Assembly: GCF_030013595.1 (NCBI RefSeq)
Contig: NZ_CP122768.1
Direction: 5' to 3' (one strand)
From: Escherichia coli
GTDB taxonomy: Bacteria; Pseudomonadota; Gammaproteobacteria; Enterobacterales; Enterobacteriaceae
DNA: 64,000 bases
Shown here: positions 9,282-16,860 of the stretch, piece by piece
How the letters are laid out: every line of letters begins with the position of its first letter
How positions within the stretch are numbered: the stretch's first letter is position 1
The notes under the pieces: generated by a model
Database searches by the model: none
The model's input: the letters and a program-made list of their open reading frames with translations, nothing else
Told to the model about the DNA's origin: nothing
Made by a program: the position numbers and the translations under genes

Positions 9282-11873
9282 ATGCATCAATCTGGTTCTG
9301 TTTCTCTTTGTCGTTCCGCAATATCTGTTCTGGTGGCTACAGCGTTATATTCACCCATAGCATTGGCATCAACAGTTGAGTATGGTGAGACAGTTGATGG
9401 TGTTGTCCTGGAAAAAGATATCCAGCTGGTTTATGGGACCGCCAATAATACGAAAATCAATCCTGGCGGAGAACAGCATATAAAAGAATTTGGTGTAAGT
9501 AGTAATACTGAAATTAACGGAGGGTATCAGTACATTGAAATGAATGGCACCGCAGAATACTCAGTATTAAATGACGGTTATCAAATTGTTCAAATGGGTG
9601 GCGCGGCAAACCAGACTACCCTCAATAATGGTGTGCTACAGGTTTATGGCGCAGCGAATGATACTACCATTAAAGGCGGGCGCTTAATTATTGAAAAAGA
9701 TGGGATTACCGTCTTTGCCGCTATCGAAAAGGGAGGATTACTGGAGGTTAAAGAGGGGGGATTAGCATTTGCGGTAGATCAGAAAGCAGGCGGTGCGATT
9801 AAAACAACCACGCGGGCCATGGAGGTATTCGGAACAAACCGTCTCGGTCAGTTCGATATCAAGGATGGTATTGCTAATAATATGCTGTTGGAAAACGGCG
9901 GAAGTTTGCGAGTTGAAGAAAATGACTTCGCTTATAATACCACTGTGGATAGTGGCGGCTTACTGGAGGTTATGGATGGCGGGACTGCAACTGGCGTTGA
10001 TAAAAAAGCAGGCGGAAAATTAATTGTCTCAACGAATGCGCTGGAAGTGAGTGGTACAAACAGTAAAGGCCAATTTAGTATAAAAGATGGTGTGTCAAAA
10101 AATTATGAACTGGATGATGGTTCCGGGCTCATTGTTATGGAGGACACGCAGGCCATTGATACTATCCTTGATGAGCATGCCACTATGCAATCGCTGGGAA
10201 AGGATACTGGTACGAGAGTGCAGGCAAATGCGGTATATGATCTCGGTCGATCAGATCAGAATGGAAGTATCACGTATTCCTCTAAAGCCATCTCTGAAAA
10301 TATGGTTATCAACAATGGCCGCGCTAATGTCTGGGCTGGCACAATGGTTAACGTTTCAGTCAGAGGGAATGATGGCATTCTTGAGGTCATGAAGCCGCAA
10401 ATAAATTATGCACCCGCTATGTTGGTGGGTAAGGTAGTGGTTTCTGAGGGCGCTTCTTTTAGAACGCATGGTGCCGTGGATACCAGCAAAGCGGATGTTT
10501 CGCTCGAAAATAGCGCATGGACCATCATTGCCGATATCACTACGACGAACCAAAACACTCGCCTCAACTTAGCCAACCTTGCGATGTCTGGCGCAAATGT
10601 GATTATGATGGCTGAGCCAGTGACTCGTTCATCTGTGACGGCAAGTGCGGAAAATTTCACTACGTTGACCACCAATACCCTATCGGGAAACGGCAATTTT
10701 TATATGCGTACTGATATGGCTAATCATCAGAGCGATCAGCTCAACGTGACCGGTCAGGCAACAGGTGATTTCAAAATATTTGTGACGGACACAGGGGCCA
10801 GCCCGGCAGCAGGTGATAGCCTTACACTGGTAACAACGGGCGGCGGTGATGCTGCATTTACGTTGGGCAATGCCGGAGGCGTTGTTGATATCGGTACGTA
10901 TGAATATACCTTGCTGGATAATGGCAACCATAGCTGGAGTCTGGCAGAGAATCGCGCGCAAATTACCCCTTCAACCACTGATGTGCTGAATATGGCGGCA
11001 GCACAACCGCTGGTATTTGATGCAGAACTGGACACCGTGCGTGAGCGTCTTGGTAGCGTAAAAGGCGTTAGTTACGATACGGCGATGTGGAGTTCGGCAA
11101 TTAACACCCGCAACAACGTGACCACTGATGCGGGAGCTGGCTTTGAGCAAACATTGACGGGCCTGACGCTCGGTATCGATAGCCGTTTCTCCCGTGAAGA
11201 AAGCAGTACAATTCGCGGCTTGTTCTTTGGTTACTCTCATTCTGATATTGGTTTTGATCGCGGCGGCAAAGGCAATGTCGATAGCTATACCCTGGGGGCT
11301 TATGCCGGTTGGGAGCATCAGAACGGTGCCTATGTTGATGGGGTGGTGAAAGTTGACCGTTTTGCCAACACCATCCATGGCAAGATGAGTAATGGGGCAA
11401 CAGCGTTTGGCGATTACAATAGTAACGGCGCGGGTGCTCATGTCGAGAGCGGGTTCCGTTGGGTTGACGGATTGTGGAGTGTTAGACCTTATCTGGCCTT
11501 TACCGGCTTTACCACAGATGGTCAGGACTACACGTTATCAAACGGCATGCGTGCGGATGTGGGAAATACCCACATATTACGCGCTGAAGCGGGAACGGCG
11601 GTAAGCTATCACATGGACCTGCAAAACGGTACGACGCTGGAACCCTGGCTGAAAGCCGCCGTACGTCAGGAATACGCCGATTCTAACCAGGTGAAAGTTA
11701 ATGACGATGGCAAATTTAATAATGATGTGGCTGGAACCCGTGGCGTTTATCAGGCTGGGATAAGGTCATCGTTTACCCCGACGTTAAGCGGTCATTTGTC
11801 TGTCAGCTATGGCAATGGCGCAGGGGTAGAATCACCGTGGAATACTCAGGCGGGTGTGGTCTGGTCGTTCTGA
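9282..11873 (+). CDS. yejO: AIDA-I-type autotransporter adhesin YejO, intact
   Basis: 863-aa uninterrupted ORF: signal peptide, passenger domain with internal GG-L-EV repeats, C-terminal beta-barrel ending VVWSF. Confidence 0.8.
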   Translation: MHQSGSVSLCRSAISVLVATALYSPIALASTVEYGETVDGVVLEKDIQLVYGTANNTKINPGGEQHIKEFGVSSNTEINGGYQYIEMNGTAEYSVLNDGYQIVQMGGAANQTTLNNGVLQVYGAANDTTIKGGRLIIEKDGITVFAAIEKGGLLEVKEGGLAFAVDQKAGGAIKTTTRAMEVFGTNRLGQFDIKDGIANNMLLENGGSLRVEENDFAYNTTVDSGGLLEVMDGGTATGVDKKAGGKLIVSTNALEVSGTNSKGQFSIKDGVSKNYELDDGSGLIVMEDTQAIDTILDEHATMQSLGKDTGTRVQANAVYDLGRSDQNGSITYSSKAISENMVINNGRANVWAGTMVNVSVRGNDGILEVMKPQINYAPAMLVGKVVVSEGASFRTHGAVDTSKADVSLENSAWTIIADITTTNQNTRLNLANLAMSGANVIMMAEPVTRSSVTASAENFTTLTTNTLSGNGNFYMRTDMANHQSDQLNVTGQATGDFKIFVTDTGASPAAGDSLTLVTTGGGDAAFTLGNAGGVVDIGTYEYTLLDNGNHSWSLAENRAQITPSTTDVLNMAAAQPLVFDAELDTVRERLGSVKGVSYDTAMWSSAINTRNNVTTDAGAGFEQTLTGLTLGIDSRFSREESSTIRGLFFGYSHSDIGFDRGGKGNVDSYTLGAYAGWEHQNGAYVDGVVKVDRFANTIHGKMSNGATAFGDYNSNGAGAHVESGFRWVDGLWSVRPYLAFTGFTTDGQDYTLSNGMRADVGNTHILRAEAGTAVSYHMDLQNGTTLEPWLKAAVRQEYADSNQVKVNDDGKFNNDVAGTRGVYQAGIRSSFTPTLSGHLSVSYGNGAGVESPWNTQAGVVWSF

Positions 11874-11933
11874 TAACAGACAATAAACAGGCCGTGATGT
11901 GTCGCGGTCTGTTTATCGAATTAAATGCAGATA

Positions 11934-11968
11934 TAAAAAAACCAACCTTTACGGTTGGTTTTTTTGGG
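11934..11968 (+). terminator. Rho-independent terminator of yejO
   Basis: AAACCAACC-TTTA-CGGTTGGTTT hairpin followed by TTTTTTT. Confidence 0.7.
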
Positions 11969-12044
11969 ATTTTTGGTCACGAGAGTATTCAAAACACGCC
12001 AATAACCTCTTGATTCAATTGAAGTCGAAAATTTTAAGTCAAAA

Positions 12045-12085
12045 ATCGTATAGCTTAACGTGTAGCTAAAAATGTTTGCTGCAAA
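12045..12085. repeat. Island-terminal repeat CGTATAGCTTAACGTGTAGCTAAAAA, matching the int-proximal end
   Basis: Near-identical to GTATAGCTAAACGTGTAGCTAAAAAA at about 22035-22060; candidate integrase arm-type sites. Confidence 0.5.
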
Positions 12086-12622
12086 AGTATACAATTTTAA
12101 CCGTTATGACTCCCTGTTATCCGTTATCAAGCTGGTGGATGATCATGGATAACCCGTTATGGGAATCCCCATATCGGCATCAGGCCCATGCCATAACAAA
12201 AACCCCATATTCGTGGGTTTTCTGTGTTGTGGCTATTCTGCCGTTGCCGTGCTGGTGGATATTTCCGGTATGTGGCTCACCATATCGGCATCACGCCCAC
12301 CAGCGCGACGCATTTTTTTAATTTCGCGGGTGTAAAAATTTGACGGGGCGGGCGGTCCTATAAGCAATGGGGGGTAGGGATTTCGATCCCCCCTCCTGAA
12401 TGCAATTTTCCGTATGTGGCTGTGCGGCAATCATACTCGTCACATGTTTTTGACAATAAAAGGCCCGACCGTGAGACTCACAAACAAAAAAGTTACGGAG
12501 AAACAGGGGATCGGGCTCGGTTGCCGCTAAATCTATTCAATTAAAAGAAGATGTCAATAGGGAAAACGAAAAAAAACAATGCTGATATTGTCATAATTTG
12601 AACAAAACCACTATATGTAGTT

Positions 12623-12853
12623 TTAGTTCATGAGGTTAGTCGCTACCAGATGCGTCAATAGTTTTTTGCTATTAATAATCCCTCTTTTTCCATCGGGAGC
12701 TTTGCACTTGTCACTACCTGGTAACTCCTGGTGGCGTTCCTGTTGCAGCACAACGGAAACAGGCGCTGAACACCTGTTAATTTTGCTTGCAGGTTGTTTG
12801 ATTTCGGCAATGCTGCGGATCATCTCCAGCATATCGGCTTCGGTGATGGTCAT
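12623..12853 (-). CDS. Hypothetical small protein (76 aa) at the distal end of the island
   Basis: ORF with AAGGTG ribosome-binding site 6 nt upstream of the ATG; no recognisable motif. Confidence 0.3.
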   Translation of the reverse strand: MTITEADMLEMIRSIAEIKQPASKINRCSAPVSVVLQQERHQELPGSDKCKAPDGKRGIINSKKLLTHLVATNLMN

Positions 12854-12883
12854 GATTTACACCTTAGGAAATCTTAGGGGCTG

Positions 12884-13137
12884 GTTGACACTTTCCGGCT
12901 TAAGACCTTAACAAATCTTAACATCGCAGGTTGACACACTTGACACTTTTTCGCGAAAAACCTTATCAAACCTTAGCATTTCTAAGCATGGCAACTTGAC
13001 ACTTTTCGCGATTTTTTCGGCTTTTTGACGTGGTAAATCTGGCGCAAAGCCAGTAACGGCGGGGTTTACAGCGAGGTTGACACTTTTTCGCGTTCAGAGT
13101 GTAAAGTGTCAACCTGGCAAGCTGCTCAACTTGACAC
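12884..13137. repeat. Array of at least 7 copies of GGTTGACAC(TTTTTCGCG) in both orientations, interspersed with CTTA(A/G)CA short repeats
   Basis: Copies at about 12884, 12929, 12940, 12996, 13075, 13105 (inverted) and 13131; lies immediately downstream of the TerS-like gene. Confidence 0.6.
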
Positions 13138-13146
13138 TTTTTGAGG

Positions 13147-13674
13147 TCATTGATGGCCTGATTTTTCCCACTCAGCCAGGGCGTTTAGTCCGGCTTCACT
13201 CCAGTTATCCAGCTCATCGGGACAATCACCTGCAACATAGCAGAGCTCACAACGCAGCATACGAATTGCCAGCCTGGCATTTTCCCGAAAATCATACTGC
13301 TCAAAGTAATATTGCCCAGCATAATCCTCAAGGCAGATAGCACCATCATCAAGAAATTGCACTTCACAGCATAGTTCCCCGGCTGCATCCTGTACACGCT
13401 GCTGTATGTCATTGTCCGTTACTGGTGCAGGGATTTTACCGTCTCTGGCCTTAACTGCTTTCCAGAACTCGCCCCACGTCATTTCCAGCGTTCTCTCTGG
13501 CCACATTTCAGAAACGGTATCTTTTCCCTGTGCTGGTGGGCTGTTCCGCTGCTCTGTCGCTTCCACATCGATTTTTTTACCGGACATGACCACTTCGCCT
13601 TTCTCGATCCAGTCGTAAACTGTCTGGCGGCTTACGCCTTTGTGTTTGGCATATTCTGCCTTGCTCATAAACAT
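13147..13674 (-). CDS. Small terminase-like winged-HTH protein (Rpp-like packaging-redirection candidate)
   Basis: 175 aa; N-terminal MSKAEYAKHKGVSRQTVYDWIEKG resembles the Nu1/TerS-type HTH; acidic cysteine-containing C-terminus; GAGGGGA ribosome-binding site. Confidence 0.5.
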   Translation of the reverse strand: MFMSKAEYAKHKGVSRQTVYDWIEKGEVVMSGKKIDVEATEQRNSPPAQGKDTVSEMWPERTLEMTWGEFWKAVKARDGKIPAPVTDNDIQQRVQDAAGELCCEVQFLDDGAICLEDYAGQYYFEQYDFRENARLAIRMLRCELCYVAGDCPDELDNWSEAGLNALAEWEKSGHQ

Positions 13675-13844
13675 GACACTTCCCCTCAGACTGTATTAAT
13701 GCGCCGGAAAGCGCGTGTATTTAAATCATCCCAGGAACCGTTGAGCACCAATTAGTTGCGCGAAGTAATCGGCACCAGCGTTCCGAACAATTTCCAACTT
13801 AACGTTCTGATCATTGTTTCCTGCTGCAGGGACAATCCCACGAT

Positions 13845-14498
13845 TCATAGCCAGCGCCCGGATATTTCTTCCAGTTTTTCCAGAGCTGGCTTGCAGGCCG
13901 CATCAATAACTTCACGGACCATTCCGGCGAGCTGTTCTTCTTCTGTCGGCGTTGTTACTTCCACACCTGATGGTTTCCCGCCCTTATCCCATACGCCCAA
14001 CGGTACGAGCGCAACGTGATCGATAAGAAATGGCGTACCCTCAATGAAAAAATTGTCCTCGCCCATTACATCAGGAACTTCTGCCCCACCGGACGCACCA
14101 CAAAACACAACCGACGGGCTGGTGGATACCTCCCCCCGTGCTTTCTGGATGTAATCGATGATTTCCTGCCCGTAAATCCGGCATACGCCCCACACCTCGT
14201 CACCGCGAATATACGGCAACATGACGGTGCCAATAATGCGCGACCGTTCGCCCACGTCTTCAAGGGTTTTGCTTTCGGGATGGTCGATAATGACGGGTAC
14301 TCCGGCGCAACGTTCCAGGAACTGCGGATTGAGATAAGTTTGCGGTGAACGCCAGACAAATTCTTTTTCTTCGGCGCGATAGGCCATTCCGGTTCCTGTG
14401 ATACGCAGGTTAATCAGCCACATGTTGGAAAACTGATAAGGCGACGGTAGCTGACCGTCCCGAATCTGCTTTGCCGCCTCAATTTCTGTTAAAAGCAT
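13845..14498 (-). CDS. Hypothetical protein (217 aa), island cargo of unknown function
   Basis: ORF in the same transcriptional orientation as the packaging module; no motif I can assign. Confidence 0.5.
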   Translation of the reverse strand: MLLTEIEAAKQIRDGQLPSPYQFSNMWLINLRITGTGMAYRAEEKEFVWRSPQTYLNPQFLERCAGVPVIIDHPESKTLEDVGERSRIIGTVMLPYIRGDEVWGVCRIYGQEIIDYIQKARGEVSTSPSVVFCGASGGAEVPDVMGEDNFFIEGTPFLIDHVALVPLGVWDKGGKPSGVEVTTPTEEEQLAGMVREVIDAACKPALEKLEEISGRWL

Positions 14499-14562
14499 AA
14501 TGTCCCCCGGTTATAAGCAATAAGCCCCACCAAATCCGGCAGGGCTGAAATCAGCACGTTTT

Positions 14563-15156
14563 TCATGCCCCCGCGAGGCTTGCAACGTTAATTTTAACCA
14601 GGCGACGGGGAGGGATTTTGAAAGCACTAAGCCAGTTATTCGGATCCCCCTGATATTCAGTAATCCGCCGTCCGGCTTCATCCATTCTTACGGTTTTACG
14701 CAAATAGCCCGGCGTATTTTCCACAGCCCACTGAACACTGTCTTTTGCAGCCTGGTAAATCTGATCTTCCAGCACCGCCAGCGTTGCAGAATCTGAAACG
14801 GAACGAATATCCACATCACTGAATTTTTTAGCCAGCTTCTGTGCACCAATTAATGCACGCTTGCGGTAATCCATCGACTTTTCACCAGCAAACGGGGCTG
14901 GAGCGCGACGGCCCATATTGCTGTATGCGGAATCCGCTTTAGCCTGGGCTTCTGCCAGTGAGGATTCATCTTCGACTGACGCGACGATGTTTTTATTCGC
15001 GTCATCCTCGTCCGCTTTTGTGAAATCCTGTGCGGGGATCGCATTCAGAATTTCGATAATCTCCTGCGGAGTGCTGCCCTGCGACTCTGACAGAGCGTTA
15101 ACCACCTCCATCAGTTTTAATCGCAAATCTTCTTTGCTTGCTGGCATTTTTACCAC
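14563..15156 (-). CDS. Hypothetical protein (197 aa), acidic and Ala/Lys-rich, predicted largely helical
   Basis: ORF adjacent to the 217-aa ORF; composition resembles scaffold or decoration-like proteins, but this is unverified. Confidence 0.5.
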   Translation of the reverse strand: MVKMPASKEDLRLKLMEVVNALSESQGSTPQEIIEILNAIPAQDFTKADEDDANKNIVASVEDESSLAEAQAKADSAYSNMGRRAPAPFAGEKSMDYRKRALIGAQKLAKKFSDVDIRSVSDSATLAVLEDQIYQAAKDSVQWAVENTPGYLRKTVRMDEAGRRITEYQGDPNNWLSAFKIPPRRLVKINVASLAGA

Positions 15157-15186
15157 CTCTCTTTTTTCACCAAAAAATCACGACCA

Positions 15187-15366
15187 TCAGGCCGGACGTT
15201 CTACGGGATAAAGCGCCCGCTGCATTAAACGCCGGGCGACCTCATGAATGCTCGGAGCAATCCCCAGCGGAGAATTGCGGCGTTCCTCGTCCTGGATGCG
15301 CTGTAATGCTTCAATCTGATCACGAGCGAGTAAAACGGGTTTCACGCTGGCTTTTCTCATAGTCAT
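15187..15366 (-). CDS. Hypothetical small basic protein (59 aa), possible DNA-binding regulator
   Basis: AGGAG ribosome-binding site upstream of ATGACTATG; first gene after tandem terminators, so it probably heads its own transcription unit. Confidence 0.4.
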   Translation of the reverse strand: MTMRKASVKPVLLARDQIEALQRIQDEERRNSPLGIAPSIHEVARRLMQRALYPVERPA

Positions 15367-15489
15367 ATCTCCTGAACAAAACAATGATTATGATTGCACA
15401 AACTGAAATAACGATCTACATCATTGCAATTTATGAAACAATAACGCATGATGATCGCGTTCTTCCCATTGACTTCAATCACCTGAAAA

Positions 15490-15560
15490 ACAAAGCCCGC
15501 AACACTTCTGGCTGCGGGTTTTTTACTGGCACAAAAAAGCCGGGAAAAATCCCGGCCTCC
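15490..15560 (-). terminator. Tandem rho-independent terminators downstream of the PerC-like gene
   Basis: Two hairpins (GCCGGGA...TCCCGGC and CCCGCA...TGCGGG), each followed by a T-run on the minus strand. Confidence 0.55.
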
Positions 15561-15561
15561 G

Positions 15562-15849
15562 TCACTGACTGCAATTTTTCGATCCAGGGTATTTCCTGAA
15601 TGCCTTACCATTGGGCTGATGTAATCCCATCCCGGCATGTGCCCGGCTGATGGTTTCGCGCATTTCCCCGAAATTATCCTGCCTTGCTGGTGGGCGTGCT
15701 GCCTTGCGGATACATTCCGCGCGACGTTTTGCCGCCTGTTCCCGTGCCTTGTCATCATTCGCCAGCATGATGACCTCAGCCCACCGCGCCGCCGCTCTCC
15801 GGTACAGACCACGCGCTTCCAGTGCTTCCGCTTTGCTGTCGTGAATCAT
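15562..15849 (-). CDS. PerC-family transcriptional regulator-like protein
   Basis: 95 aa; N-terminus MIHDSKAEALEARGLYRRAAARW matches my memory of the PerC/Pch family; GGAGAA ribosome-binding site; 4-nt overlap with the upstream gene. Confidence 0.55.
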   Translation of the reverse strand: MIHDSKAEALEARGLYRRAAARWAEVIMLANDDKAREQAAKRRAECIRKAARPPARQDNFGEMRETISRAHAGMGLHQPNGKAFRKYPGSKNCSQ

Positions 15850-16388
15850 GCGCCTGTTTTCTCCTTTGCTGCCCGGCGCTGACGTTTGCGCTTCTCATTC
15901 AGCGCCACCAGCCGCGTTTCTGCGTCCTGTTGTTCCTGTGGTGTCACCTCGCCGCACGGCTGGCCTTTCAGGTCGTAGCGTACCCCACCAGCCATTAAGG
16001 CGCGGTAATAGCGCGGACACTGCGCATAAGATGCCAGCGTCGCACGCAATGCCCCTGGACCGAATGCCAGCCCCCTGACGGCGAGATCCTGCATCAGGTC
16101 GTCGAATATCCCCACCTTAAGCGGCTTCGGTGCTTCCCGGCTGAATAATTCAGGCCACAACTCAGTGAGGCGGTTAACGCGCCTGCGGTTTTTGCGCTGG
16201 CGTTTGGTCATATGCCGCCACGGTGTCGCCCCTGTGGGCTTCTGCTGCGCTTTCTGGTTACCGGGCATCACTTTATGCGCCGATGTGGTTTTATCCTGCT
16301 CCTGCGCCGCCTGCGTCGTTTTCTGCGGCGTGCCGTAAATGCCTTTCGGTTTTCTGTTAATGGTCAGCTTAGTCATGCTTTGCCCCAT
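15846..16388 (-). CDS. FinO/ProQ-family RNA-binding protein-like
   Basis: 180 aa; basic N-terminal region followed by LKVGIFDDL...YAQCPRYYRAL, resembling the FinO/ProQ fold. Confidence 0.5.
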   Translation of the reverse strand: MGQSMTKLTINRKPKGIYGTPQKTTQAAQEQDKTTSAHKVMPGNQKAQQKPTGATPWRHMTKRQRKNRRRVNRLTELWPELFSREAPKPLKVGIFDDLMQDLAVRGLAFGPGALRATLASYAQCPRYYRALMAGGVRYDLKGQPCGEVTPQEQQDAETRLVALNEKRKRQRRAAKEKTGA

Positions 16389-16439
16389 CGTTTTTACTGG
16401 TTGCTACGTTGCCCAACGGCACTGACACAACATTCTGTT

Positions 16440-16860
16440 TTCATTTTTAACATTCCTGATTTTTTAATTCCTCACCTGCTGCACAGTGAAAATTTATGAA
16501 GTTAATAACAATATGATTTTAAATGTATTTTTAAGTACTCACTTTTTAATCCTTATATATACGCAAAAGTGAGGTAAATAGTTAAGTTTTAGTTAATATC
16601 TTGCATGGTGTGTTTTTTAACCTACCTGTTATTTTTATTACCTCATTTCTATTAACTCACCATTCCTCACTTTTGTTCCTCACTTTTTATTATTCTTGTT
16701 CTGCTCCTCAGTCGTTTTCTTTATTGTTGTAATCTGTTGTTTTGCAATGTGTTTTTAACTCCTCACTTTTTGACCTATATACAGGTGAGAAAGTGAGGAG
16801 TGGCGTTGATTTTTTGTTAAATTACCCGCCATCCTCACTTTTGCTCCTCACTTTTTACAG
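16440..16860. repeat. Putative satellite replication origin: AT-rich region with CCTCACTTTT iterons
   Basis: At least 8 copies of CCTCACTTTT (direct and inverted) plus degenerate copies, immediately downstream of the RepA-like gene. Confidence 0.7.

Noticed and set aside
9400-10400. Internal repeats in yejO as a possible mobile or repeat element
   Set aside because: The repeats are at the protein level (GG-L-EV passenger repeats typical of autotransporter beta-helices) and do not mark a DNA repeat element.
12076-12321. 81-aa plus-strand ORF in the distal island non-coding region
   Set aside because: Trp/Pro/Cys-rich low-complexity translation across repeated DNA motifs with no start signal; more likely non-coding structured DNA.
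12330-12360. Exact lambdoid cosN (GGGCGGCGACCT)
   Set aside because: Only a related GC-rich string (GGGCGGGCGGTCC) is present and no exact match in either orientation, so I do not call a cos site as a feature.
12369-12396. tRNA fragment or pseudo-tRNA at the distal island end
   Set aside because: Only a short stem-loop with weak T-arm resemblance; no acceptor or anticodon arms can be built, so no RNA gene is called.
16440-16860. Possible CRISPR array suggested by the many short repeats
   Set aside because: The repeats are 10 bp, irregularly spaced and in both orientations in AT-rich DNA next to a rep gene, which is typical of replication iterons and not of CRISPR repeat-spacer units.
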